Positions 27,114 through 36,289 of a stretch of 64,000 nucleotides of DNA are shown in pieces. Every line of letters begins with the position of its first letter. Positions within the stretch are counted from its first letter, which is position 1. This DNA is from Flavobacterium sp. BFFFF1 (GTDB taxonomy: Bacteria; Bacteroidota; Bacteroidia; Flavobacteriales; Flavobacteriaceae): contig NZ_NKJE01000011.1 of NCBI RefSeq assembly GCF_002256285.1, positions 56,710-120,709 on the forward strand, read 5' to 3'. The position numbers were made by a program, and so were the translations under genes. A model generated the notes under the pieces. It was not told the origin of the DNA. It saw only the letters and a list, made by a program, of their open reading frames with translations, and searched no databases.

Positions 27114-30002
27114 ATGAATTTAGAAAACTACGCTAAATCGAAATTATCCTTCGTGGGTAATTTCGGACTCTTGCTTTTACTAATGGCCTGCTTTGGATTT
27201 CATTCCTCCTATGGACAAAATTCCTGTGCGGCGCCACTGACAGTTACTGCAGGCACTTACACCGTTGCACAGATTGACGGGACTAATATTAGTACGACCT
27301 GTTCAACCGCATCATTCGCGGAATGGTTTGCCTATACGCCCACCGCAAACTATAGCGTCACAGTGACATCAGATCTAATCCAGAACATATGTGGTGACAC
27401 TAACTTTACAGTATATACCGGGAGCTGCGGTGCCTTAAGCTGTTACGCCAAAGATGATGACTCGGGTACCATTGCCTGCAACGTTGCCCCAAATACAAAC
27501 CAGACCTATCTTTCAAAAAAGACTTTTGATGCATTGGCAGGCGTAACGTACTATATTGCGTGGGACAGCAAATGGAATACAAATGGTTTTGACTTTCAAA
27601 TAATTGAGGCACCATTTGTCCCAAGCCCATGTTATAACGCTACTTCAATTTCAGCCGGAACAGTGACCATAAATGCCATCGACGGAACAAATGTCAATAC
27701 TACCTGTTCGACCGCGCCGTTGGCAAAATGGTATGCTTATACGCCTACACAGGATTATTTTGTTACAATTACCTCGGATCTGCCTCAAAATATTTGCAAA
27801 AATACCTTTTTCAGCGTGTATACCGGATCTTGTTCGGGAGGCCTTACGTGCGTTACAAGCGACGACAACTCCGGCGTTATTGCGTGTGATTCTGGAAATA
27901 CCTTTTCTTACCTATCACAAAAGTCGTTTAATGTAGTTGGAGGAACCACTTACTACATTGCCTGGGATAGTAGAGGTGGAACTGATGGTTTTGACTTTCA
28001 GCTTTCTGAGGCACCTACGCCGTGTGCCAGCGCAATCGCTATCACTGCCGGAACAATTACCGTAGACGTGGTAAATGGCACAAATGCGAGCACAACCTGC
28101 TCTACCGCCACACAGGGAAAATGGTATGTGTATACGCCATCACAGGACTATCATGTCACCATTACATCAGATCTGCCACAAAATATTTGCAAGGACACAA
28201 ACTTTAATGTTTACACTGGATCATGTACCGGAACACTGACATGCTTTGCCAGCGATGACAACTCAGGGAATATCGCTTGTGATTCAGGAAATAGTTTTTC
28301 AAATCTCTCAAAAAAGACGTTTGACGTCGTGGGTGGAACAACGTACTACATCGCATGGGATAATAAATGGAGCTCAGATGGATTTGATTTCGAGTTAACT
28401 GAAAATCAAATAATTGTTCCGGTAAACTACACCTCACAAACAATTGCCACCATTCCAAATACCGGATATAATATCTGTGTTGCAGATATGAATGGTGATT
28501 TACTCGACGATATTGTCAGCGTAAACACCAACGCCCTGAAAATTCACTACCAGAACACCAATGGAATTTTTACCGTAGGGAGTTTCACAGTACCAGGAAA
28601 CAGCAACATGCCCGGCTGGAGTATGGCCGCCGGTGACCTAAATAAAGATGGATACAATGATTTGCTATTGGGCAGCAGTAACGGACTTACTTTCTGGAAA
28701 TCAAATGAAACCGGAACAGCCTACACCAGCGAAACACCTGGAGAGTACATTTTTTGTCAAAGGACCAATTTTGTTGACATCAATAATGATGGAAATCTGG
28801 ATGCTTTTTCATGTCATGATATTGACCCGAATGTCTATTACCTTAACAACGGAGATGGCACAATGACCTACTACCAGTCTGGTACCACACCTGGAGCTTA
28901 TTCTCTTGGCGTGACACCGAGCGGTGGAAATTATGCTTCACTCTGGACAGATTATGATAATGACGGTGACGTCGATATGTTTATCTCTAAATGCTCTGGT
29001 CCTCCATGTGAGTTGCATAGAAATGATGGAAATGGTGTTTTCACAGACATTTCTGCGCTGGCAGGAATTAATGTTACACCAATCACGACCTGGTCCTCTG
29101 CCATTGCCGACTTTGACAATGACGGCGACATGGACATCATGATTGGTAAAAATGGATCAGTCGGTGGTAAATTTTTCCGAAATGATCTTGATACGTCAAA
29201 TAATGTAGAAGAACCGTTTGTTAATGTTACCGCGGGATCAGGCTGGGAATCAGACACCAGCAACAACCAGGACTATGTCGCCTACGATTTTGACAACGAC
29301 GGATGGGTCGATATCTTTGGCGCGGGGGGAAAAATAATGTTCAACCAAGGCGATATGACATTCCTCCCCACCGTCTATACCAATCTAAATCCCGGACCCA
29401 TAGGAGATTTGAACAATGACGGTTTTCTTGATTTTCAAAGTGGCGCTACCATTCGGTATGCTGTGCCAAATGGAAACCATTGGCTGAAAGTAGGGCTTAA
29501 AGGAACCACAAGCAACAAAAACGGAATTGCAGCAAGGGTTGAAATATACGGTGCATGGGGCAAACAAATTCGGGACATCCGAAGTGGCGACGGCTTCAGG
29601 TACATGAACTCAATAAATGCACATTTCGGGATCGGCAGTGCCACAACAATTGATAAAATTGTCATCAACTGGCCAAGCGGTACCATTGACGTCATTAATA
29701 ATCCCTCTATTGACAGCATGGTTACTGTAAACGAAGGTGCCTTCCCACTGACGATAACAGAGGCAGAAAATGATGCATTCGTCATATTTCCAAATCCTGT
29801 AAGTGATATCCTTAATATCAAATCAAGATCAAATGCGGCAATCATTAAAGCCGAAATTTTTGATATGGCCGGAAAAATGATCCTGAAAAAAGAATCAGTT
29901 AACAGTACCATTCCTGTAAACACTTTGTCAAACGGAACATACATCATCAAAATTCTCGATGTAAACGGTAGGCAATACACTCAAAAATTTGTAAAATCAT
30001 AA
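27114..30002 (+). CDS. T9SS-secreted FG-GAP/ASPIC-UnbV paralog with three six-Cys repeats
   Basis: Same architecture as 24555-27035 plus one extra repeat, and the same QYTQKFVKS end. Start moved to MNLEN. Confidence 0.85.
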   Translation: MNLENYAKSKLSFVGNFGLLLLLMACFGFHSSYGQNSCAAPLTVTAGTYTVAQIDGTNISTTCSTASFAEWFAYTPTANYSVTVTSDLIQNICGDTNFTVYTGSCGALSCYAKDDDSGTIACNVAPNTNQTYLSKKTFDALAGVTYYIAWDSKWNTNGFDFQIIEAPFVPSPCYNATSISAGTVTINAIDGTNVNTTCSTAPLAKWYAYTPTQDYFVTITSDLPQNICKNTFFSVYTGSCSGGLTCVTSDDNSGVIACDSGNTFSYLSQKSFNVVGGTTYYIAWDSRGGTDGFDFQLSEAPTPCASAIAITAGTITVDVVNGTNASTTCSTATQGKWYVYTPSQDYHVTITSDLPQNICKDTNFNVYTGSCTGTLTCFASDDNSGNIACDSGNSFSNLSKKTFDVVGGTTYYIAWDNKWSSDGFDFELTENQIIVPVNYTSQTIATIPNTGYNICVADMNGDLLDDIVSVNTNALKIHYQNTNGIFTVGSFTVPGNSNMPGWSMAAGDLNKDGYNDLLLGSSNGLTFWKSNETGTAYTSETPGEYIFCQRTNFVDINNDGNLDAFSCHDIDPNVYYLNNGDGTMTYYQSGTTPGAYSLGVTPSGGNYASLWTDYDNDGDVDMFISKCSGPPCELHRNDGNGVFTDISALAGINVTPITTWSSAIADFDNDGDMDIMIGKNGSVGGKFFRNDLDTSNNVEEPFVNVTAGSGWESDTSNNQDYVAYDFDNDGWVDIFGAGGKIMFNQGDMTFLPTVYTNLNPGPIGDLNNDGFLDFQSGATIRYAVPNGNHWLKVGLKGTTSNKNGIAARVEIYGAWGKQIRDIRSGDGFRYMNSINAHFGIGSATTIDKIVINWPSGTIDVINNPSIDSMVTVNEGAFPLTITEAENDAFVIFPNPVSDILNIKSRSNAAIIKAEIFDMAGKMILKKESVNSTIPVNTLSNGTYIIKILDVNGRQYTQKFVKS

Positions 30003-30024
30003 ATTTTCACCATAAACGGGAAAT

Positions 30025-30060
30025 AAAAAAACCGCTCCTTATCCGGAGCGGTTTTTTTTT
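30025..30060. terminator. Bidirectional intrinsic terminator
   Basis: A-tract CCGCTCC-TTATCC-GGAGCGG T-tract. Confidence 0.85.
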
Positions 30061-30076
30061 GTAGTCGTCTAGAAAG

Positions 30077-30916
30077 TTAAAATACCCGCGCCAGGTTAAA
30101 TCCAAAGAAAATATCCCCTTTCCCCCAGTCCCCGGTCGTTTGTCCAAGGAATCCCGCTTCGTGTATCTGCTGTGAACTGGTGAAGTGCATTTGGAAAACA
30201 TGCCCGCCAGTTTCAAGATCCACACCCACTGACAAAGGATTTTTATAAATGGAATTGGAAGCCCTATTTAGATGAGCAGCATAGTCTACATTCACCGACC
30301 ATCTTTTTCCAAGCTTGTACCTTCCTCCCATTCCGATGGCGTACTGTGTATTATTCTGGTCGTCGTTGTCCACAAAATTTTCATGGAAAACAGTTGGCGC
30401 CAATTCCAGTGACAGTTTGTCGTTGAATTTTCTTGAAATCAGCAATTGTTGTACATAAATCAATCGATTATCAAACTTTAACTTCGGATAATTGCTTTCT
30501 TTTAGGGTATTGTTGATTGCGAGACTGCTAAAACCGGCAATAGCAAATGGAAAGCCGTCTTTAATCTGGCTTTGCAAACCATACTTTAATGAAAAATCAT
30601 AAGCCATCTCACTTCTGGCACCACTTATGGTAAGCCATTCGGTAAGCCCGTATAAAAACTTTAGCTGGGTCATCGCGTTGTCCAATCCATAAAATCCCTC
30701 AAAATCGTCCTTAATGGAGCCAAACCGGTGCGCAACAATAAAATACAAATCGCCTTTTGCAGCCAGTTTTGTGGATTCAATATTGACGATTTTAAGTCCC
30801 TTAAATGCTGACTGTACCGTTTCCTTTGTGGCCACAGAATCCACTCCGGACAACAAATCATCCTGCGCAAACGTGAGGACGGGCAAAAATAAAAATGCTA
30901 GTAGTAATTTTTTCAT
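30077..30916 (-). CDS. DUF5777-like outer-membrane beta-barrel protein
   Basis: Signal peptide, FIVAHRFG, VDLETGGHVFQMHF, amphipathic strands, C-terminal FGFNLARVF. Confidence 0.75.
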   Translation of the reverse strand: MKKLLLAFLFLPVLTFAQDDLLSGVDSVATKETVQSAFKGLKIVNIESTKLAAKGDLYFIVAHRFGSIKDDFEGFYGLDNAMTQLKFLYGLTEWLTISGARSEMAYDFSLKYGLQSQIKDGFPFAIAGFSSLAINNTLKESNYPKLKFDNRLIYVQQLLISRKFNDKLSLELAPTVFHENFVDNDDQNNTQYAIGMGGRYKLGKRWSVNVDYAAHLNRASNSIYKNPLSVGVDLETGGHVFQMHFTSSQQIHEAGFLGQTTGDWGKGDIFFGFNLARVF

Positions 30917-30952
30917 AGAAATTTGATGTTAGATAGTTGATGTAAAATAATG

Positions 30953-31345
30953 CTATTGGGAAATCGCGGCCTGATCCAGCTTGAACTCTTCTAAAAGATC
31001 GTCATAACCGAGGAAGCGTCCTTTAATTTTAATTTGCTTTCCAACTTCTAAACTGTTGGTTTGTGTCGAATCCATTAAAGTGGCCGATAATTTCTCATCG
31101 ACAATTAAAGTGTGGTCTGATAAATCCCCTTCAGTGATATTACCGTATACTTCTATAGTCTTATCCAGATATTTCTTATTGGAGGATTCGGGGTTCTTCG
31201 AGAATTCTTGCTGCAATTCCGCAACCGAGACTGAAAACCCAGCCGCCTCTGAAGCGATGTCCCGATGGCCATGATACATGTAACGATAGCCTCCATAGGC
31301 GATAACACCTAAAATTAAAAGTCCAATGAGTAATTTCTTTTTCAT
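30953..31345 (-). CDS. Membrane-anchored OB-fold protein (tRNA_anti-like)
   Basis: N-terminal TM, KYLDKTIEVYGNI, IKIKGRFLGYDDLLE. Confidence 0.7.
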   Translation of the reverse strand: MKKKLLIGLLILGVIAYGGYRYMYHGHRDIASEAAGFSVSVAELQQEFSKNPESSNKKYLDKTIEVYGNITEGDLSDHTLIVDEKLSATLMDSTQTNSLEVGKQIKIKGRFLGYDDLLEEFKLDQAAISQ

Positions 31346-31428
31346 AAATATTTTTTTCTTACAAACTTAATTATTTTTTTATATCTCACTTTCGATTAAC
31401 TTTATTATTTACTTTTGAACAAAAAACT

Positions 31429-31803
31429 ATGCACATGACCATCAAAACACTATTTAAATTAACATTTGCCACGGTACTTCTTACCTCGTGCAATAATGAC
31501 AGCCCGGATGACCTGATTGACAACATACCGCTGCCGGAAACCGTAACGTACGAAGCTAATGTAAAATCCATCATTACCAATAACTGCCTCAGTTGTCATA
31601 CCGCGCCACCTGTTAATGGAGCCCCTATGCAGTTAACTACTTACGAGGATGTGAAAAATGCGGTTTTAAACAGAGGCCTTTTAAATCGTATCGCCAGGCA
31701 AAACGGGGAAGATGGACTGATGCCAAATGGCGGACCCAGAATGCCCCAGCAAAATATCGATATCATCAACCAATGGGCAACCGATGGATTACCTGAACAA
31801 TAA
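31429..31803 (+). CDS. Monoheme c-type cytochrome lipoprotein
   Basis: Lipobox LTSC then NNDSPDD; CLSCH; MPNGGPRMP; W...GLPE end. Confidence 0.82.
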   Translation: MHMTIKTLFKLTFATVLLTSCNNDSPDDLIDNIPLPETVTYEANVKSIITNNCLSCHTAPPVNGAPMQLTTYEDVKNAVLNRGLLNRIARQNGEDGLMPNGGPRMPQQNIDIINQWATDGLPEQ

Positions 31804-31815
31804 AAACCAATTACG

Positions 31816-32355
31816 ATGAAAAAAATGATCACCTTTTTACTGTTGTTCTCCGCCGCTTTTTCTTCAGCACAGGACAAAATGATTACCAAAAACGGTAAGA
31901 TTACTTTCGAAGCTTCTGTTCCTGCATTTGAAGAAGTCAAAGCCAAAAACGAAGGCGTGACCTGCGTACTTAATCCAAAAACAGGCGAGATTGCGAGCCT
32001 GGCGTTAATGAAAGGATTTCGTTTTAAAGTAGCCTTAATGGAAGAACATTTTAATGAAAACTACGTCGAGAGTGACAAATACCCGAAATCTACTTTCAAA
32101 GGAAAAATCGAAAATTTTGACGCATCAAAACTGACATCGACAGCAAAAGATTACACCATCAAAGGCAAACTGGAACTCCATGGAAAAACCAAGGACATTA
32201 CCATTCCTGCTAAAATCCGAAAAACAGATGCGGGAATTGAGATCGTTTCTAATTTTACCGTCAACGCAGACGATTACGCCATTGCGATTCCTTCGGTAGT
32301 AAAAAGTAAAGTGTCGAATAAAGTCAGTGTAAAATGTGAATTCACAGTGAAGTAA
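31816..32355 (+). CDS. YceI-family protein
   Basis: Signal peptide, FRFKVALMEEHFNENYVES, GKLELHGKTK. Confidence 0.88.
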   Translation: MKKMITFLLLFSAAFSSAQDKMITKNGKITFEASVPAFEEVKAKNEGVTCVLNPKTGEIASLALMKGFRFKVALMEEHFNENYVESDKYPKSTFKGKIENFDASKLTSTAKDYTIKGKLELHGKTKDITIPAKIRKTDAGIEIVSNFTVNADDYAIAIPSVVKSKVSNKVSVKCEFTVK

Positions 32356-32373
32356 TACTACTTTCAAACAATA

Positions 32374-32400
32374 AAAAGCGCTCTGTTGAGCGCTTTTCTT
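32374..32400. terminator. Intrinsic terminator
   Basis: AAAAGCGCTC-TGTT-GAGCGCTTTT between convergent genes. Confidence 0.8.
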
Positions 32401-32406
32401 TTGATA

Positions 32407-33366
32407 TTAAATTTCAACTTTTTGAAAACTATTTAGCCTATCAAGATGGAGGATGGTTTTGGTATTCGCCTCATTCTCGGTGTACATCATGTCAAACTTT
32501 GCGCCATATACAATTTCGTTAAAAGTATAGGATGTCCGGGCGACAACGTCGGTGCTGAACATGTCGTCAAAAGTCTTGATGTACACGAGCAATTCGCCTT
32601 CTGTAGCATCGAAATCTTCTTTCCTGAAACCGAACAAAGGGCTCTCTTCCGTAATCGGATGCACTAAGGTCCAACTCAGTGTCAACGCATTGATTTTGTC
32701 CAACTCTAATTTTAGCGAGTAAAACTTGTTCGTCGGCGTACCATTCTCCTCCACGCTCATTCCAAGGGTAATTTTGGCCACGGCTTCAGAGAAATTCGTA
32801 TTTTTAAACGGCGTCAACCGCAACATCAATGCTTTTCCGCCGCGATAAGGGGCAATTAACGCATGATGGGAAAACCTAAGGTGTGCAATCGGCTTGCTGA
32901 ACCGCCCAAAGAACAAGCCGGTAGCAATCGCAAAACTCAACAACCCGACCAACGCCTCTGCTGCGGCCAGCGAACTGGTGAGAAATCCATTGGGGCTGAT
33001 ATGGCCATAACCCACAGTCGTAAAGGTCTGCGCACTAAAAAAATAAGCCTTTCCAAATTTTACAAGCTCACTCCCTGTCGTTTCAATTCCGTCAAGGTAT
33101 TCTACACCAATCAGGTAATAAATACAGGCGAAAACAAAATTTACCAGAATATAGAACGAAAACAGGATGGCCATAAACTTCCATCGGGGCATACTGATCA
33201 TCGTATGGTACCAACTAATCCTGTTAAAAAACGGCATGCCGCGCTTGCTGATGTTTGAAGTACCATCCTTATTGATAAACCGACCTCCGTAACTGCCCGG
33301 ATTCGTCCCAAAACCGGTGTTGGCATCCGCGGTGGCTTTTGCATTTATTTTCCTGAGCAATGACAT
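32407..33366 (-). CDS. KirBac-type inward-rectifier potassium channel
   Basis: FFSAQTFTTVGYG filter, two TM helices, RFSKP, LSWTLVHPI cytoplasmic domain. Start moved to MSLLR. Confidence 0.9.
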   Translation of the reverse strand: MSLLRKINAKATADANTGFGTNPGSYGGRFINKDGTSNISKRGMPFFNRISWYHTMISMPRWKFMAILFSFYILVNFVFACIYYLIGVEYLDGIETTGSELVKFGKAYFFSAQTFTTVGYGHISPNGFLTSSLAAAEALVGLLSFAIATGLFFGRFSKPIAHLRFSHHALIAPYRGGKALMLRLTPFKNTNFSEAVAKITLGMSVEENGTPTNKFYSLKLELDKINALTLSWTLVHPITEESPLFGFRKEDFDATEGELLVYIKTFDDMFSTDVVARTSYTFNEIVYGAKFDMMYTENEANTKTILHLDRLNSFQKVEI

Positions 33367-33498
33367 AATTTGCGTTTCGGTAAAACTAAAAAAAATCGCC
33401 GACTTCTTCATAGGGATTTTTCAACTCCAAAACCAATTTGGCTCGTCCCTATATCAGAAAACCACATTTTTTTTTAAATTTGACCAAAACCTCACATC

Positions 33499-33726
33499 AT
33501 GAGCAGACTATATTATTTTAAGTATGCGTTTTTTAGTTTCGCAGCAGGCTGCACCACCTATTTCCTCGTAACCGGGCTGTTTGAGCTGGATTTTGATTCA
33601 CCCAACGCCATATGGAAATGGCTCGGAAAAAGTTTTTTTGTGGGCGTAGTTTCAGGGCTGATCCTGGGGATCTTAAATGCCATCTTTAAGTATGCTCCAA
33701 CGAAAATCTTTAAGCAAAAACCATGA
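33499..33726 (+). CDS. Small two-TM hypothetical protein
   Basis: Two hydrophobic segments; 4-bp overlap with the next gene. Confidence 0.6.
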   Translation: MSRLYYFKYAFFSFAAGCTTYFLVTGLFELDFDSPNAIWKWLGKSFFVGVVSGLILGILNAIFKYAPTKIFKQKP

Positions 33727-34130
33727 GGATAAAATTCCAGTTGCCATTTTTAGCCCTGCTGTTTTTAGCGTGCAGCACCGAAAATGAAAAATCCGACGAC
33801 TCTATTTTGGGCATTTGGAAAAACACCAAAGCCTACGACGGAAACACGGCAGGAAACAATCCGGTTGCACTCACAGGCTGTGAAAATTCCCTGCGATTGG
33901 CATTCGGCGTGGATTACTTCTACAATGAATCTTCAGTAAGCGCTGACGTTCCCTGTCCGTTAACAACCGAAAACACATATGTATGGTCAGAAACAGCAAC
34001 AAATACGTTTGAATGCAGGCGCGCCGGTGACAATACGCTTTACTTCACCGCATCAATTGAAAACGGTGTCATGACGCTATTCCGCCCGGACCTCAACAGG
34101 ACCTATCAGCTAAAACATAGCACCAATTAG
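33723..34130 (+). CDS. Lipocalin-like lipoprotein
   Basis: Lipobox FLAC, SILGIWK (GxW), C-terminal beta-strands. Confidence 0.65.
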   Translation: MRIKFQLPFLALLFLACSTENEKSDDSILGIWKNTKAYDGNTAGNNPVALTGCENSLRLAFGVDYFYNESSVSADVPCPLTTENTYVWSETATNTFECRRAGDNTLYFTASIENGVMTLFRPDLNRTYQLKHSTN

Positions 34131-34205
34131 TGCCATTTCACTTCTGAATCCTGAACTGTAAACTGAATACAATTCCGTATCTTTGTACCCGATAAAAATG
34201 CTGCT

Positions 34206-35075
34206 ATGGAAACCGTACTTGATCACGCACTCCCCACAGGTAAGCCAAAATGGCTTAAGGTAAAACTGCCCATCGGGCAAAAATATACTGAACTTCGCGG
34301 ACTTGTAGACAAATACAAGCTCAATACCATTTGTACTTCAGGGAGTTGTCCCAATATGGGAGAATGTTGGGGCGAAGGCACGGCAACATTTATGATCCTG
34401 GGAAATATATGCACCCGCTCCTGCGGCTTCTGCGGTGTGAAGACTGGGCGTCCGGAAACCGTAGACTGGGATGAGCCGGAAAAAGTAGCCCGCTCCATCA
34501 AGATCATGAACATCAAGCATGCCGTGGTTACCAGTGTCGATCGTGATGACCTCAAGGATGGCGGTTCCATCATCTGGATCGAAACGGTAAAAGCCATCCG
34601 GCGGATGAATCCACAAACCACTTTAGAAACTTTGATTCCTGATTTTCAGGGAATAGAGCGAAATATAGACCGCATCGTAGAAGCCAATCCCGAGGTCGTA
34701 TCGCACAACATGGAAACCGTTCGGCGCCTCACGCGCGAAGTGCGCATCCAGGCAAAATATGACCGCAGCCTTGCCGTTCTGAAATACCTGAAAGACAATG
34801 GCATCAAACGGACAAAGTCAGGTATTATGCTCGGCTTGGGAGAAACGGAAGAAGAAGTCATCCAGACGATGCGCGACCTGCGCGATGCCAATGTGGACAT
34901 CGTCACCATCGGTCAGTACCTGCAACCTTCAAAAAAACACTTACCCGTAAAGGAATTTATCACTCCGGAACAATTTAAAAAATACGAGGAAATCGGTAAG
35001 GAAATGGGATTCCGCCATGTCGAAAGCGGCGCGTTGGTGCGTTCGTCGTATCACGCTCAAAAGCACATTCTTTAA
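34206..35075 (+). CDS. lipA: Lipoyl synthase
   Basis: [27 protein letters not shown] motifs. Confidence 0.97.
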   Translation: METVLDHALPTGKPKWLKVKLPIGQKYTELRGLVDKYKLNTICTSGSCPNMGECWGEGTATFMILGNICTRSCGFCGVKTGRPETVDWDEPEKVARSIKIMNIKHAVVTSVDRDDLKDGGSIIWIETVKAIRRMNPQTTLETLIPDFQGIERNIDRIVEANPEVVSHNMETVRRLTREVRIQAKYDRSLAVLKYLKDNGIKRTKSGIMLGLGETEEEVIQTMRDLRDANVDIVTIGQYLQPSKKHLPVKEFITPEQFKKYEEIGKEMGFRHVESGALVRSSYHAQKHIL

Positions 35076-35111
35076 TAGAAAATTTAACACATCCGTTTTA
35101 CTTATTTTTAT

Positions 35112-35204
35112 GGCGTTCCCTTCGGGCCAGGCTTTTCGCTGCAATTTTTATTTGCTCCGCTGCGCTTCGAAAATAAAAGATTTTCGCTACAATCCTTAAC
35201 GCGG
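35112..35204 (-). repeat. Dispersed intergenic element, copy 2 (Flavo-1-like variant)
   Basis: Outer stem GCGTT...AACGC, inner stem TTTTATTT/AAATAAAA, internal TTTTCGCT(G/A)CAAT direct repeat. Confidence 0.55.
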
Positions 35205-35253
35205 GATCTGTGCTAAGTTCGTACCTTTGTTCCCACAGTTTACATTCCATAAA

Positions 35254-36255
35254 ATGACCAAAACAAGAATCGCAATCAACGGATTTGGACGCATCGGAAG
35301 AAATCTATTCCGCCTTTTACTAAACCATCCCGATATTGAAGTCATCGCCATCAATGACATCGCCGACAACAAGACCATGGCGCACCTGATCAAATACGAC
35401 AGCATTCATGGCATCCTTCCATATGATTGTTCCTTTGACGAAAAACACCTTCTTGTCGGCACAGAAAAATACGTATTCTTCCACGAAAAAAATATTGCAG
35501 ACATTCACTGGAAATCGTTGAATATCGACGTCGTTGTAGAATCCACCGGAAAATACAAGACGTTCGACGAAATCAACGCCCATATTGTGGCCGGCGCTAA
35601 AAAAGTCATCCTTTCAGCACCATCTGAAGTAGACAACATCAAAACCGTAGTACTTGGCGTAAATGAAGACATCCTCGACGGCAGCGAAACCATCATCTCA
35701 AATGCAAGCTGTACAACGAACAATGCGGCACCCATGATTAAAGTCATCAGCGCCCTTTGTGGTATTGAACAAGCCTACATCACTACCGTTCACTCCTACA
35801 CAACCGACCAAAGTCTGCATGACCAACCCCACAAAGACCTTCGCAGGGCACGCGGCGCCTCACAATCGATAGTGCCCACAACAACGGGCGCAGCAAAAGC
35901 ATTGACCAAAATTTTTCCGGAATATGATGGTAAAATTGGCGGGAGCGGCATCAGGGTGCCTGTGCCTGACGGCTCCCTGACAGACATTACATGCTACGTA
36001 AAACGGGAAGTCAGTATTGAAGAAATTAATGCCGCCTTCAGGAATGCGTCCGATACCGAACTTAAAGGGATTCTTGCCTATACCGAAGATCCCATCGTCT
36101 CAGTCGATGTGATTGGCAACCGCAATTCCTGTCTTTTCGACGCGCAGCTCACGTCCGTAATTGACAAAATGGTTAAAGTAGTCGGATGGTATGATAATGA
36201 AGTCGGATATTCCTCAAGAATTATCGATTTAATTGGGATTTTGTTTAAGAAATAA
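35254..36255 (+). CDS. gap: Type I glyceraldehyde-3-phosphate dehydrogenase
   Basis: INGFGRIGR, SNASCTTN, WYDNE. Start moved to MTKTR. Confidence 0.96.
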   Translation: MTKTRIAINGFGRIGRNLFRLLLNHPDIEVIAINDIADNKTMAHLIKYDSIHGILPYDCSFDEKHLLVGTEKYVFFHEKNIADIHWKSLNIDVVVESTGKYKTFDEINAHIVAGAKKVILSAPSEVDNIKTVVLGVNEDILDGSETIISNASCTTNNAAPMIKVISALCGIEQAYITTVHSYTTDQSLHDQPHKDLRRARGASQSIVPTTTGAAKALTKIFPEYDGKIGGSGIRVPVPDGSLTDITCYVKREVSIEEINAAFRNASDTELKGILAYTEDPIVSVDVIGNRNSCLFDAQLTSVIDKMVKVVGWYDNEVGYSSRIIDLIGILFKK

Positions 36256-36289
36256 TTTATATTTATTGCCTTTAACAAGGGACAATGCA

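Noticed and set aside
24555-30002. Repeats as a CRISPR array or a diversity-generating retroelement TR/VR pair
   Set aside because: The repeats are in-frame protein domains of about 400 bp. There is no spacer structure, no reverse transcriptase, and the differences are not obviously adenine-specific.
34140-34175. Degenerate CTGAA heptamer-like run before lipA
   Set aside because: Only three or four poor units, too weak to call a tandem repeat.
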